Source of the DNA: a virus
Taxonomy: Duplodnaviria; Caudoviricetes
Strand: one strand, 5' to 3'
IMG/VR virus record: IMGVR_UViG_3300046103_002325
Location: 1-36,969 of that record
DNA: 36,969 nt
How positions within the stretch are numbered: position 1 is the first letter of the stretch; every line of letters begins with the position of its first letter. The translations under genes and the position numbers were made by a program. The notes under the pieces are model-generated. The model was not told where the DNA came from. It did not search any database and saw nothing but the letters and a program-made list of their open reading frames with translations. Below, one piece after another: positions 17,363 to 26,322 of this stretch.

Positions 17363-20300
17363 CCGCCCTCCTCTGTCTTGAGCATTGGGAATAGTCCCAC
17401 AATCGTTGCCGGCTGCGGCGCGGCATGACGCACCGCAATGCGCCCATCCTTGTCATAGCCTGACGGTAGTGTTAGGCGCTCAGTGTCGCCCGTGATAAGA
17501 GGCTGCGGAATGTCTGCGGCGTTGAAGACTGACGGCAGGAGTCGATCCATCGTGTCGAATGTGACGCCGTACTCGAGCCCTGGTCCTGTCTGATCCAGAC
17601 GTACAACCATCCGGTTGATTCGCTTAGTCTTGCCCTGTGCTGTGCCAGCGGTTGCGCCGACCTCGAGACGCATCGTCTGAAGCTTGGCGACAAACGGAAG
17701 ACCCGCTTCAATGCGGTTCCCGTAACGATTCAACGTGGCAGAGCCGCCGCTGACCGTGACAGCAATGTGCGCTTGCCCATCGACCAAAAATTCCAGCGAC
17801 TCGCCTTCGAGATGTTCAAGTTTGGTCACAGTGTTCGTCACAAATTCAAAGCTGCCGGGTGTACCAGAAGGAATGCCATTGAGCGAAATAGAACCGCCCG
17901 ATGGCTCAACTAACGTAATGTTGGAAACAATAGAAGCCGATGCAGAAGAAGCAATCTGGAACACGCGACCCACCCCGACGCCGTTACTGGTCGCAGTGAA
18001 TCGAATAAAATCGCCGACGCGGTAAATAGTGTTTGCGGGCAACAACGCTGTGAGCGTTGTGCCTGCAAACACCAGACCAACAAACGGTTCAGACGTCGTC
18101 CCGCTATAACTCAGGGCCGAATCGAGAAAGCGAGCGTTGCTGCGCGCTGTAGTTGGTTCCCAGGGACGCTCGAGATATTCGATGTACCGCTTGCTTGCTC
18201 CGTTGATAGTCCGCTCAATGAGGAACCACACCTGATCTTGGTCGCCGTCTGGGTGCGGGATGACCGCCACCGATAGGACTTTCACACCCGAGCCGCCAAG
18301 CTGGTAGGTCGCCCAGGCCGTTACTTCCTGCGACCGTTCATAGGTGAGCGTCCTCAGCTTGCCGTCCTCGGTAATGCACCAGAGGAGTCGATACGGCTCA
18401 TGCTGCAAAACCATATCCTGCAAACCGCCAACGAGGATGTCCTCGCTGAGCGCAGTCAGGTCAGGCGCGACATACGAATCCGACTCGAACTGGTACTGGA
18501 GTTCGTGAAGCTTTTGCCCGGAGCGTTGAGCAAACAGGATGCCGGCGTCGACTCCTTTCGCTTGCGTGCCTTCTCTGCACCCGTACTTGCTGCGACGAGT
18601 CAATTGAAAGTTGTCTCGCGAAAGGGCCTCGTCGCCATTCTGACTAGACAGCGTGAACTCGCCGCCGAGAGTCCCGATAAAAAGCGATTGCTGGTTACCG
18701 ATGAGCCATTGGATTGCGTTCTGCTGCTCGTTGTGGATCGTGAAGTCTAAACCCTCGGCGTGCTCGCCTGAAGACTGGAAGTTTTCGTAGTCGCCGACTG
18801 CCGATCCCCAAACACTCTGCGGGAAGCGCGTTGTGCCGCCAAAAAACAGACGGTCTTGAAAAAAACCTACAGAGCTTGGATAACCGTATTCATCCGCCCA
18901 GGCACCAAGCGTCCAGCGCGAGGTCGATTGTCCTGCTTGTCGACGTTGAGCGGTGCCCGTGGTCGCTACGGCGACAACGCCCGAAGTGTCTGCGCCTGTC
19001 AGCGCAAACGTGAATGCAGAAATGTCGGCGCTGGAAACAACAAACTCATTGCCGTCAAGAACCGCGTTTGATGTCCCTTCGATAAAAACGGTATCGCCGT
19101 TTGCGTAGTTGTGATCCGGTGCGGTGACTACGGCGGTGGTTGCATTGCTCACCTCGGTTATTTCAACGGCAGGTTGGTACGTGTAACCGCTCGATACGGT
19201 TGAAGCCGGCAAAAAGATTCCATCAGTGTCCACATCAATAGTGCAAGTCGTGTGTAAGCCAGATCCGGTGGTCGTGCTGTTTACATGCGTGATTTTGCCA
19301 TACCCGTAGCCCTCGTTCAGAAACTCCCATTCGGAATAGGCTTTGCCGTCGTTGAATATCCCAGCATCATGGACAGGCGGCTCAGTGCCTGTATAGCTTT
19401 TTTCGGGATTTCTAGCATCTCTCCACCAATCTTGTCCCGCAAAAGAATAAACCCTCCCGTCTGAATAAACCGAGCCAACGCCGTTTGGGAAACTTCCTAG
19501 TTTTACAAACTGCTTTTGCGGTTGCCACTTGGGATGTATCGAAGCGTACAGTTCACGGAGGCGCACATAACTGCCCACCATCGAGTGCTTAAATATCGCT
19601 GACGAAGCGGTTAGGACGACTGCAGTGCCGGTGCTTGCACTAGCACCTACGGTGATGCTCTCGTCATCGTTCTCGATATTAAACGGCGGCTGGTTTCCGC
19701 TAATCGTGGTGTACGTCCAATTCGTTGCGGCGATCCGTCCAAGCTTGGCAGGAGGGTGGTTTGCGTGAACGATGTACAGGACGTCGTTGCTCTGCTCAAA
19801 TGCGAGCTGCGCCACTTCGCTCGACTGGTAGGGCACGTTGGTCGTAAGCGTATAGACGCGCGAGACTGTGCCGGCGGAACCCGTAATCCGACCAGTTCCG
19901 TTCTCTCCGGTCAACTCAAATGTGTCGGTGGTTTGGCCTGCGACAGTGAAGTAGCGATCGTTCAGCTCGCGCTGGTCAGCGCCTGTGACGTAGACCAAGT
20001 CGCCATTTGCAAAGCCGTGAATGTTGGATGTGATGACGACAGGATTGGCAGCGGTGGGGTTCGCGTTAAAGCTCTTCGCGTCCTCGAGTACGGGTCCGTT
20101 GTTCCGGTAGAACCGCACATACTCGTGTCCGAACTCGAGCACGTAAGCCTGCTCCCGGCTGTATTCAAACTGTACAAGTCGAGCATTTTTGTCGGAGTAC
20201 TTTGCTTCGACGACGTGACGCGTACCCGATCGCTTAACCGCCGGCCCCTGGGCCGTAGGAACAAAGTTCTCGATCTCGGTGCAGCCAGCTTGGTACTTAA

Positions 20301-20379
20301 CTAGATCAACGCGAGCCTGCAGGCGAGGCCCAAGGCGTCCAGCATTAAAGGCAGCGACGATCGGATTCGCTTTTGACAT
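17359..20379 (-). CDS. Tail tubular protein B / nozzle (T7 gp12-like) with inserted domains
   Basis: FNAGRLGPRL..R.D..KY..G....NF....QG...KRSGT N-terminus, GYPSSVGFFQDRLFFGG, TYERSQEV.AW. Confidence 0.88.
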   Translation of the reverse strand: MSKANPIVAAFNAGRLGPRLQARVDLVKYQAGCTEIENFVPTAQGPAVKRSGTRHVVEAKYSDKNARLVQFEYSREQAYVLEFGHEYVRFYRNNGPVLEDAKSFNANPTAANPVVITSNIHGFANGDLVYVTGADQRELNDRYFTVAGQTTDTFELTGENGTGRITGSAGTVSRVYTLTTNVPYQSSEVAQLAFEQSNDVLYIVHANHPPAKLGRIAATNWTYTTISGNQPPFNIENDDESITVGASASTGTAVVLTASSAIFKHSMVGSYVRLRELYASIHPKWQPQKQFVKLGSFPNGVGSVYSDGRVYSFAGQDWWRDARNPEKSYTGTEPPVHDAGIFNDGKAYSEWEFLNEGYGYGKITHVNSTTTGSGLHTTCTIDVDTDGIFLPASTVSSGYTYQPAVEITEVSNATTAVVTAPDHNYANGDTVFIEGTSNAVLDGNEFVVSSADISAFTFALTGADTSGVVAVATTGTAQRRQAGQSTSRWTLGAWADEYGYPSSVGFFQDRLFFGGTTRFPQSVWGSAVGDYENFQSSGEHAEGLDFTIHNEQQNAIQWLIGNQQSLFIGTLGGEFTLSSQNGDEALSRDNFQLTRRSKYGCREGTQAKGVDAGILFAQRSGQKLHELQYQFESDSYVAPDLTALSEDILVGGLQDMVLQHEPYRLLWCITEDGKLRTLTYERSQEVTAWATYQLGGSGVKVLSVAVIPHPDGDQDQVWFLIERTINGASKRYIEYLERPWEPTTARSNARFLDSALSYSGTTSEPFVGLVFAGTTLTALLPANTIYRVGDFIRFTATSNGVGVGRVFQIASSASASIVSNITLVEPSGGSISLNGIPSGTPGSFEFVTNTVTKLEHLEGESLEFLVDGQAHIAVTVSGGSATLNRYGNRIEAGLPFVAKLQTMRLEVGATAGTAQGKTKRINRMVVRLDQTGPGLEYGVTFDTMDRLLPSVFNAADIPQPLITGDTERLTLPSGYDKDGRIAVRHAAPQPATIVGLFPMLKTEEGG

Positions 20380-20952
20380 CTATCGCCTCAATCGCGCTAA
20401 GACCCAATCATCCTCGTCGAAAGAACGCGGAGAGGATTCTTGACCGTCAGCCATTTTTGCCCGCGTCATCATTTCGTCTAGTAGCTTGTGGATCTGCGCA
20501 CGTTTGGTGTTGGATTGGGTAATCGCTTCGCAAAGTTCAAGGGCGACCGAGTAGCTAAGCGCTTCGACGAGCAGCGGATCAAAGATACCACTATCCGTTT
20601 CGTCTTTGGCGTAAAGCACACCCAAGGGAGCGTTGATGTCGCAAAGAAGCGTCCGCCCTTCGACAGTCCAGTATTGCTCGGAATCGTCCGTATCGATGTC
20701 GAACACGGCAAGGCAGTCGTATGGGAGCTGGTACTCGTATGCGTACCCCCATGCGGGTGTTGTTGCCAGCGCCGCAAGCTTTGCTCGGGTCGTTGTCGAG
20801 TTCCACGGGTGCGAACGTATCACGGCTGGTCGAACGCGAGCCCAGGCGGACGAAGCAAGCCTCGCCTCCTGAGTCGCGTCGCCCAGGGATGTGATGAGCG
20901 TCTCGCCGAGCATCATGAGCCCGCCGTTGACTATGTCAATGGTAGACGCCAA
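20380..20952 (-). CDS. Tail tubular protein A / adaptor (T7 gp11-like)
   Basis: IDIVN.GL..LG...ITSL, HPWN, YEYQLP.DCL, FDPL..EAL motifs. Confidence 0.9.
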   Translation of the reverse strand: MASTIDIVNGGLMMLGETLITSLGDATQEARLASSAWARVRPAVIRSHPWNSTTTRAKLAALATTPAWGYAYEYQLPYDCLAVFDIDTDDSEQYWTVEGRTLLCDINAPLGVLYAKDETDSGIFDPLLVEALSYSVALELCEAITQSNTKRAQIHKLLDEMMTRAKMADGQESSPRSFDEDDWVLARLRR

Positions 20953-21135
20953 CTAGCCTTCCTGCTGAAGTAGTTGAGCCTGGCAAAGCTCGAGCGCAGC
21001 GGAAAGTTCTGCCGTGCCCTTCGCGTCGTCGTAAAGAACGCCGACAATGTGCCCAGCAGTCAATGAGCCAGTTTCGGCATTAGAAACTGCATCTACCGAC
21101 TCGTGCCCGGTGGTTTCAATCTTACGAACGGCCAT
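20953..21135 (-). CDS. Hypothetical small virion-associated protein (60 aa)
   Basis: ATG at 21135 preceded by GGAGG; stop abuts the adaptor start. Confidence 0.6.
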   Translation of the reverse strand: MAVRKIETTGHESVDAVSNAETGSLTAGHIVGVLYDDAKGTAELSAALELCQAQLLQQEG

Positions 21136-21148
21136 AGTGGGCCTCCGA

Positions 21149-21176
21149 AGGCCCCGACCCAAACGAGCCGGGGCCT
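21149..21176 (-). terminator. GC-rich stem-loop after the capsid and decoration genes
   Basis: AGGCCCCG/CGGGGCCT arms; no clear U-tract, so partial terminator or RNA stabiliser. Confidence 0.45.
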
Positions 21177-21188
21177 CAAGTTTGAGGA

Positions 21189-21722
21189 TCAGTCGCCTGC
21201 GGTGTACTCAACTTCCACCAGCAGGGAACCGCCAATGTCCGCCGGGCCAGTCTTCAGCTCGAACACCAAGTCGTACTGGAGTGCCGGGTCGTCAGTCACG
21301 CCGCACAGCGCGTGCAACGTCTTGCCCCGGTCCAGATTGACCAGCGATGCGCCGCTGAATAGATCGGCTCGTGTTACTGCCGCCGCAGCGCTTCCACCAT
21401 CTTCAAACACGTCGGCATCAACCGCAGCACCATCGTGCGAAGTGCCCGTCTTCCAGACGCCAAGATCGTAGGTCGACGCACCAGCCGATAGGTCATCATG
21501 CGTGACATTGACCGCAATAATTCGGTCAGCCGAACGAAAGCTGCCCAGAATGATCTTGTCGTTTGCTGCCATTTGATCTGGCACGTTCGCGAACATTCGT
21601 TTGTACCGCAGGCGTCCGTGACCCGCGCCCGCAGAGACGCGGTGCCCTGGCGTAACGGAAAGAGATCCGATCGTATCGGTTGCATTCTGATCTGCGAAAT
21701 GATCGCCGTAATAGCTTGCCAT
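21189..21722 (-). CDS. Capsid decoration/cement protein (putative)
   Basis: Beta-rich 177-aa protein directly after the capsid gene with a CAGGAG RBS; position matches cement proteins. Confidence 0.6.
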   Translation of the reverse strand: MASYYGDHFADQNATDTIGSLSVTPGHRVSAGAGHGRLRYKRMFANVPDQMAANDKIILGSFRSADRIIAVNVTHDDLSAGASTYDLGVWKTGTSHDGAAVDADVFEDGGSAAAAVTRADLFSGASLVNLDRGKTLHALCGVTDDPALQYDLVFELKTGPADIGGSLLVEVEYTAGD

Positions 21723-21810
21723 GTTCTTGTTCTCCTGGGTTACGACTCCGCAACCCTATGGGGTGCCAAAGGAGCGCCGCGACGACACCGCCGCGGCGCT
21801 TGTCTTTGAA

Positions 21811-22683
21811 CTACTCGGTGACCATGATCTCAACGACCTTGGCCTCTTCGACGCGCGTTGCGCCGATCGTGGTCGAGGCGTAGACCTGCGTGGCGTAAGA
21901 CTTATCATCTCGCTGGCTGATCTCGCCGGAGATGTCCTTCCAGATACCAAGGCAGATACCCGACTTAACCCAAGCAGGGCACCGCCGCTTGTTCGCGGCA
22001 TCAAGCGCCAGGCGCTCGCTGTGGATGAAGTTGAAGCCCATGAACGACGTGATCTTTCCGTCGACCAGAACAGGCTTCTCGTTGTAATCAAGGGACACGA
22101 TCTGCGTTTCGGTCAGCAGGTCCGTCTCTTGTTTGGCGGTCATCGCCACGAACATCGGATCGTTCTCGGTGTCGACCTCGGCAGCGCGAAGTTTCTCGCG
22201 AGCCTGTCGAAGCGCATCAACCGTAAGGCCCGAAGTCGCGTCAACCGTTGAACCGTAGGTGGTCCAGTCAGTCGTAGTCGCGCCGGTCTTTCCGGTCTTG
22301 GTCGTATCAGAGAAAAACGCGGCGATGATCTCGTCGTCGATTGCTCGGTTCATCGCCATTGCATGATTGCGTGCGTACTTTGAGCTGGGCTCGATAATCG
22401 TGCGCAGCACGTCCTGCTTGTCGATGAGATCCGCGATCTCGTAGTCCTCTGGGTAAACCCAGCGAGCATTGTGCGGCGTATCGACCAGCGGAGTATCCGC
22501 GTGCCGAGTCGTTCGCTTGACGGGGTTCACAGTGCCAAGCTGGTTGACGACGCGAGAACCTTCGGAGCCGCGACAGTCTTCCATCTCGACAGTGGCGCGA
22601 AAGCGCGACTCCATCTGCTGCGAGAGGAACTGAAGATTTGCGTTGTACTTATTCTGAAATGTGGTCGTAATCTCGGTGGACAC
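21811..22683 (-). CDS. Major capsid protein
   Basis: GTG start at 22683 after GGAGGT; L.QQMESR.R, RHADTP....PH.ARW, LIDKQD, A.AMNRAIDD.II, FMGFNFI, GATRVEE.KVV. Confidence 0.93.
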   Translation of the reverse strand: MSTEITTTFQNKYNANLQFLSQQMESRFRATVEMEDCRGSEGSRVVNQLGTVNPVKRTTRHADTPLVDTPHNARWVYPEDYEIADLIDKQDVLRTIIEPSSKYARNHAMAMNRAIDDEIIAAFFSDTTKTGKTGATTTDWTTYGSTVDATSGLTVDALRQAREKLRAAEVDTENDPMFVAMTAKQETDLLTETQIVSLDYNEKPVLVDGKITSFMGFNFIHSERLALDAANKRRCPAWVKSGICLGIWKDISGEISQRDDKSYATQVYASTTIGATRVEEAKVVEIMVTE

Positions 22684-22881
22684 GTAGGTCACCTCCAAAG
22701 TGAGAAGCCATTGGGTTGGCGTGTCCGCTTTGAAGCGGGGCCGAATCAAAACGCGATTCAGTGGCCCACGGCGTCGGGTGCGCTGGCTCGACTAGAAAGG
22801 TCGAGGTGTCAGCGCGCCCCCCTGCCGGTGTGGGGTGTCACCTGTTCACTGCTGAATAACTTGGCGTGGCTTGCAGAAACG

Positions 22882-23775
22882 TCAACTGATCCGCAAACCA
22901 GCGCCTGAAATCACGTCGATCAATTGATCCAGCTTTCTAGTGACTGTTTCGTCTCCGGCGTTTCGAGCTTTGACTACCGCAGGGTCTGAGGACATCCGCT
23001 TGTACTCAGCGAGTGCGCTTTCTCCGTCATGAAAGACTGCCTGCTGACTGTCGCCAGTCTCTACGGCGTGCTCACCTACTACGCGGGACAGGTTGTACGC
23101 CCACTCCAGAACGCCCTTTGTCCCTCGTTGCGCCTCAATGGCTTGGATGTCTGAGTCCTCGAGGCCCAATGCGCGCACGGCAGAACGCCCGCGCTGCAGA
23201 TTGGCGTCAAAATTATCACCCCAAAGCTGACGAACCTCGGCCATTTCGGCGGCGCTTTTCTGCCCAGCTTCCTGCTGTTTTTGCTCGCCCATAGTGTCAT
23301 TGATCTCGACACCGGTTGCGGTGAACTCACTAACCACGCCCTGCCATTGGTCTTGAGTCAGCCCCAACTCCCAGGCTTTGGATGAAAGGCGCGTTCCTAT
23401 CTGCTGCGCCTGGTCACTCTCGCCGAACTCAATCGTGTAATCGGACGCGCTCGCGGGTCTGCCTAGTTGATCCCAGACTTTCCCTGCAGCTTCCGTATCC
23501 GACCAATCGCTGGGAATCTCGAGCAGGCTCTCAGGGTTTTTGCCCAGTTTCTGGCTCGCGTGCATGTAAGCCTGGGCCAAGCTTTCTGGGTCGCCGTATT
23601 GTTTGGTGGCAACCATCTCGCGCAATTCGGGCGAGAACTGCTCTGCCCAACTCGGCACGGGATGAAGCTCGAGCGGCGTTACATCCGGTTCGCCGGAAGG
23701 TGATGCCAACATGCTTGATGCGTCGGCAGGCTCAGGCGCAGACTCAACCGTGGGGGCAGGAATCTCTTCGCTCAT
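22882..23775 (-). CDS. Capsid scaffolding protein (putative)
   Basis: Acidic helical protein before the capsid gene; LA.AY..A...LG, LGRP.....Y, LGLT..Q, WG..FD.N motifs. Confidence 0.75.
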   Translation of the reverse strand: MSEEIPAPTVESAPEPADASSMLASPSGEPDVTPLELHPVPSWAEQFSPELREMVATKQYGDPESLAQAYMHASQKLGKNPESLLEIPSDWSDTEAAGKVWDQLGRPASASDYTIEFGESDQAQQIGTRLSSKAWELGLTQDQWQGVVSEFTATGVEINDTMGEQKQQEAGQKSAAEMAEVRQLWGDNFDANLQRGRSAVRALGLEDSDIQAIEAQRGTKGVLEWAYNLSRVVGEHAVETGDSQQAVFHDGESALAEYKRMSSDPAVVKARNAGDETVTRKLDQLIDVISGAGLRIS

Positions 23776-24074
23776 TCGTCTCTCCAGAGATCAGCGATGG
23801 AAGCAAGTTCTTCGTCGCCGATCTCGACGTAGCTGATGAGACGTAGCCAAACTTGACGGCGTCCCTCCAACTGGGCTGCGGCAAGCGGGTCCGAGCGACC
23901 CTGCTCGTCAAAAACGTGGGTTGTAGCGTTGGCGTGGCAAAACATCTCGAGGTCTTCGAGGATCGCTGCGCCATCAGACGTACGTCTGCCGTCTTGGGCC
24001 AGAAATAGTCGTCTGGCCGCGCGAACTCGTTCAAGCAGACGCTCAGCTAGGTGTGTTTGCTCTTGCTGCATCAT
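23772..24074 (-). CDS. Bbp19-like phage protein
   Basis: G..ILEDL..FC and DP...A..EGRRQV.L motifs; sits between portal and scaffold. Confidence 0.75.
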   Translation of the reverse strand: MMQQEQTHLAERLLERVRAARRLFLAQDGRRTSDGAAILEDLEMFCHANATTHVFDEQGRSDPLAAAQLEGRRQVWLRLISYVEIGDEELASIADLWRDE

Positions 24075-25701
24075 CGAGCTGGTCGGGTGTTACGCCGGCA
24101 GCTTTCAAATCCTTCATTGCGCTTGCGCCCTGAGACGCCATAGCGAGGGATTCCTGCTGTTCCGATCTTTCCGCCTGGGCGGCGATTGCAGCACTCACTT
24201 CTGACTTGTCCTTCAGTAGTCGCGCGCTCACGCCGTTAATTTCAGCGATCTCTCGAAACATTGCGTGCCAGTCTGGCACTTCCAGCAACGAAGGATCAGC
24301 GCCGGCTGCGGCAGCTTGAAGTGCCCACCCCGCCGTTCGCTCAATCGCGAGAGCATCCTCGGATCGTTGCAACCGAGCCGCTTCGTTGTCGTAAATGATC
24401 TCGAAATCAGGGGCTTCAATAAGTTCCTGCGGCAGCGTCGGCAGGATCCCGTTGCGCTGTAGGATTCCGCGCTCTCGATCGATCTGCGGGCCGAGCATCT
24501 CGGCCTCTTGGCGACCCGTTGTAGGAGCCAGGAGTTGACCCTTCTCTTTTGCGCGCTCCATCACTTCGGTCGCAGTCATCTCGCGGTTGTTCGACATCTG
24601 AAGAAACAGCGAGTTCAGGAACGATGCCGACACCGACTCTCGCTTTTGCTCCATCATTTCAAGCGTGATCGGCAAATTTGCGCCCGTCTGCAAAGGAACG
24701 ACTGCGGGGCGGCCATTCATGTCCAGACCACCGTAGGTAAGACCTCCTGGCTTTAGACTTACACGCTTCTGGCCTCGGCCAAGCGGTCCATCTGACTGCA
24801 GTAGCAACGGAGGATCGGCGGCTTTGTGACCGCTACGCTGTAGTGTTTTTTCTTGCTCCTGAAGCATTTCAATGTCAGGCAGAATCAACTCCGCAGGGCC
24901 TCGACCATACAACTCTGCCGGGTTGACTGTGTATCGGGAAAACAGGTACGGCTGCTCGTGATAGCCACCGCGCTCGACGACGTGCGAATCCTCAACCTCG
25001 ATGACCAGAGACTCGAAAGCCATGCCCTCGATGTCTACGCGCTGCGGGTCGTAATTCATCCGAGGCTTTACGACGTGAACGTATTGGCTCTTGCGTAGAG
25101 GGTCAGACTCCATCGCGCGCTGCGAAGAGGCTGGCGCGCTCTTTCCCCACTTCTGCACCGCCTGGTGAGCGGTCAATTCGTAGGCGTAGTAGACAGTGTC
25201 GACAATGCCCTCGTGGTTCTGCTCAATCCACGTATGACCCAGATGGCAGTACTTGTAACGAATGCCACCGCCGGGTCGCTCATCGACGAACAGCGTGTCG
25301 TTGCCGAATGCGCCAAGCGCCTTGTAGCCTTCATGCTTCTGAGAGTAATACCGAGCGGCTGGATCGTTGCGCACTTGGAATAGGCGCTGGTTGGCGACGT
25401 CAAACCATTCTTTGACTGCCTGGTTCTCATTCAGCTCAGGGATTGACGACCTGAGCCTGTGCCACGTCTGATTCCGAGGCGTTAGAAGAGATTCCATGAA
25501 CGCGGCAAAACGCTCGAGAGCAAGCGTGGCGCTTGATTCGTAGACCTGATCCGTTCGACGTGAGCCTGGCGACGTCGTCGTATTAAAGTCGCCGGCAAAC
25601 GGCCAGACGATCTCCTGCAAGCGCTGCCACGTACGATCGTGGTTAACGCGCTCGCCTTTGATCGTTTCCCAGCGGCGAATGCAATCCTCACCGGAGGTCA
25701 T
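24043..25701 (-). CDS. Portal (head-to-tail connector) protein
   Basis: YESSA..AL..FA, YGRGPA...LPDI..L, MTATEV.ERA.EK...L.P motifs; 552 aa. Confidence 0.93.
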   Translation of the reverse strand: MTSGEDCIRRWETIKGERVNHDRTWQRLQEIVWPFAGDFNTTTSPGSRRTDQVYESSATLALERFAAFMESLLTPRNQTWHRLRSSIPELNENQAVKEWFDVANQRLFQVRNDPAARYYSQKHEGYKALGAFGNDTLFVDERPGGGIRYKYCHLGHTWIEQNHEGIVDTVYYAYELTAHQAVQKWGKSAPASSQRAMESDPLRKSQYVHVVKPRMNYDPQRVDIEGMAFESLVIEVEDSHVVERGGYHEQPYLFSRYTVNPAELYGRGPAELILPDIEMLQEQEKTLQRSGHKAADPPLLLQSDGPLGRGQKRVSLKPGGLTYGGLDMNGRPAVVPLQTGANLPITLEMMEQKRESVSASFLNSLFLQMSNNREMTATEVMERAKEKGQLLAPTTGRQEAEMLGPQIDRERGILQRNGILPTLPQELIEAPDFEIIYDNEAARLQRSEDALAIERTAGWALQAAAAGADPSLLEVPDWHAMFREIAEINGVSARLLKDKSEVSAAIAAQAERSEQQESLAMASQGASAMKDLKAAGVTPDQLDDAARANTPS

Positions 25702-25925
25702 GCGTACCCGCCGCCGCTCATGCCACCACTCATGCCACCGCCGAGCATCTTTGCTCCGCTGGGTGCGCCGTTTGTAACCGTGGCTTGCGGTTGTTCTGAA
25801 AGCAGGGTCGAGGCTGCGCCTTGTCGACGCTTCAGTCGCTGACGCTCGCGCTCGCGGGCCTCGTCGGCCTCGCGGTCATCCGCTGGACGGAATGGTGCTT
25901 TCGGGACTTTCGGTGCTTTTGCCAT
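25698..25925 (-). CDS. Small pre-portal virion protein (75 aa)
   Basis: MAKAPKVPKAP...RR.G.ASTLL...LGG pattern is common just upstream of podovirus portals; ATG at 25925. Confidence 0.6.
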   Translation of the reverse strand: MAKAPKVPKAPFRPADDREADEARERERQRLKRRQGAASTLLSEQPQATVTNGAPSGAKMLGGGMSGGMSGGGYA

Positions 25926-26322
25926 CAGATGACCCCCAAGTTCGGCAGCGTAGGCCGCGGTGGTCAGAAGTAAACCCAAGCCGGACAAGGTAGTTGGCAA
26001 TGACGTTTTCTTGGACGTCAGGAAAATCCAACCACACGCGCAGCCACTCGTAGCCCATTAACTGACCGAGCAACTTGAGTGCAGCCAGCCAGTCGCGCGC
26101 AAAGGGCTTGCCGCGCTCGCTTTCAGTTAGGCAGCAATGCACTGCAAGTTCCTCCTCGTATCCGTCCTCAACGTGCATCCAGAACACGCCAGGCCCGTAA
26201 GTGTACCAACACGAAACCACCATCTCCTGGTCCGAAATGTCACGCGGGTAGCCACAAGAAATTACAGACTCGCGAAGCATCGCTTTGTCTGCATCCTGCT
26301 CCCATTCTCTCAGTTTTAGCAT
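25876..26322 (-). CDS. GNAT-like acetyltransferase (putative)
   Basis: VHCCLTESERGK resembles GNAT motif A and YLVRLGF resembles motif B. Confidence 0.55.
   Translation of the reverse strand: MLKLREWEQDADKAMLRESVISCGYPRDISDQEMVVSCWYTYGPGVFWMHVEDGYEEELAVHCCLTESERGKPFARDWLAALKLLGQLMGYEWLRVWLDFPDVQENVIANYLVRLGFTSDHRGLRCRTWGSSDGKSTESPESTIPSSG

Noticed and set aside
21526-21813. Capsid stop-codon readthrough fusing to the decoration protein
   Set aside because: Reading through the TAG continues in a different frame from the decoration gene, which has its own RBS; no slippery site seen.
22684-22749. N-terminal extension of the capsid ORF in the track
   Set aside because: GGAGGT precedes GTG 22683, and the extension overlaps hairpin-forming leader sequence.
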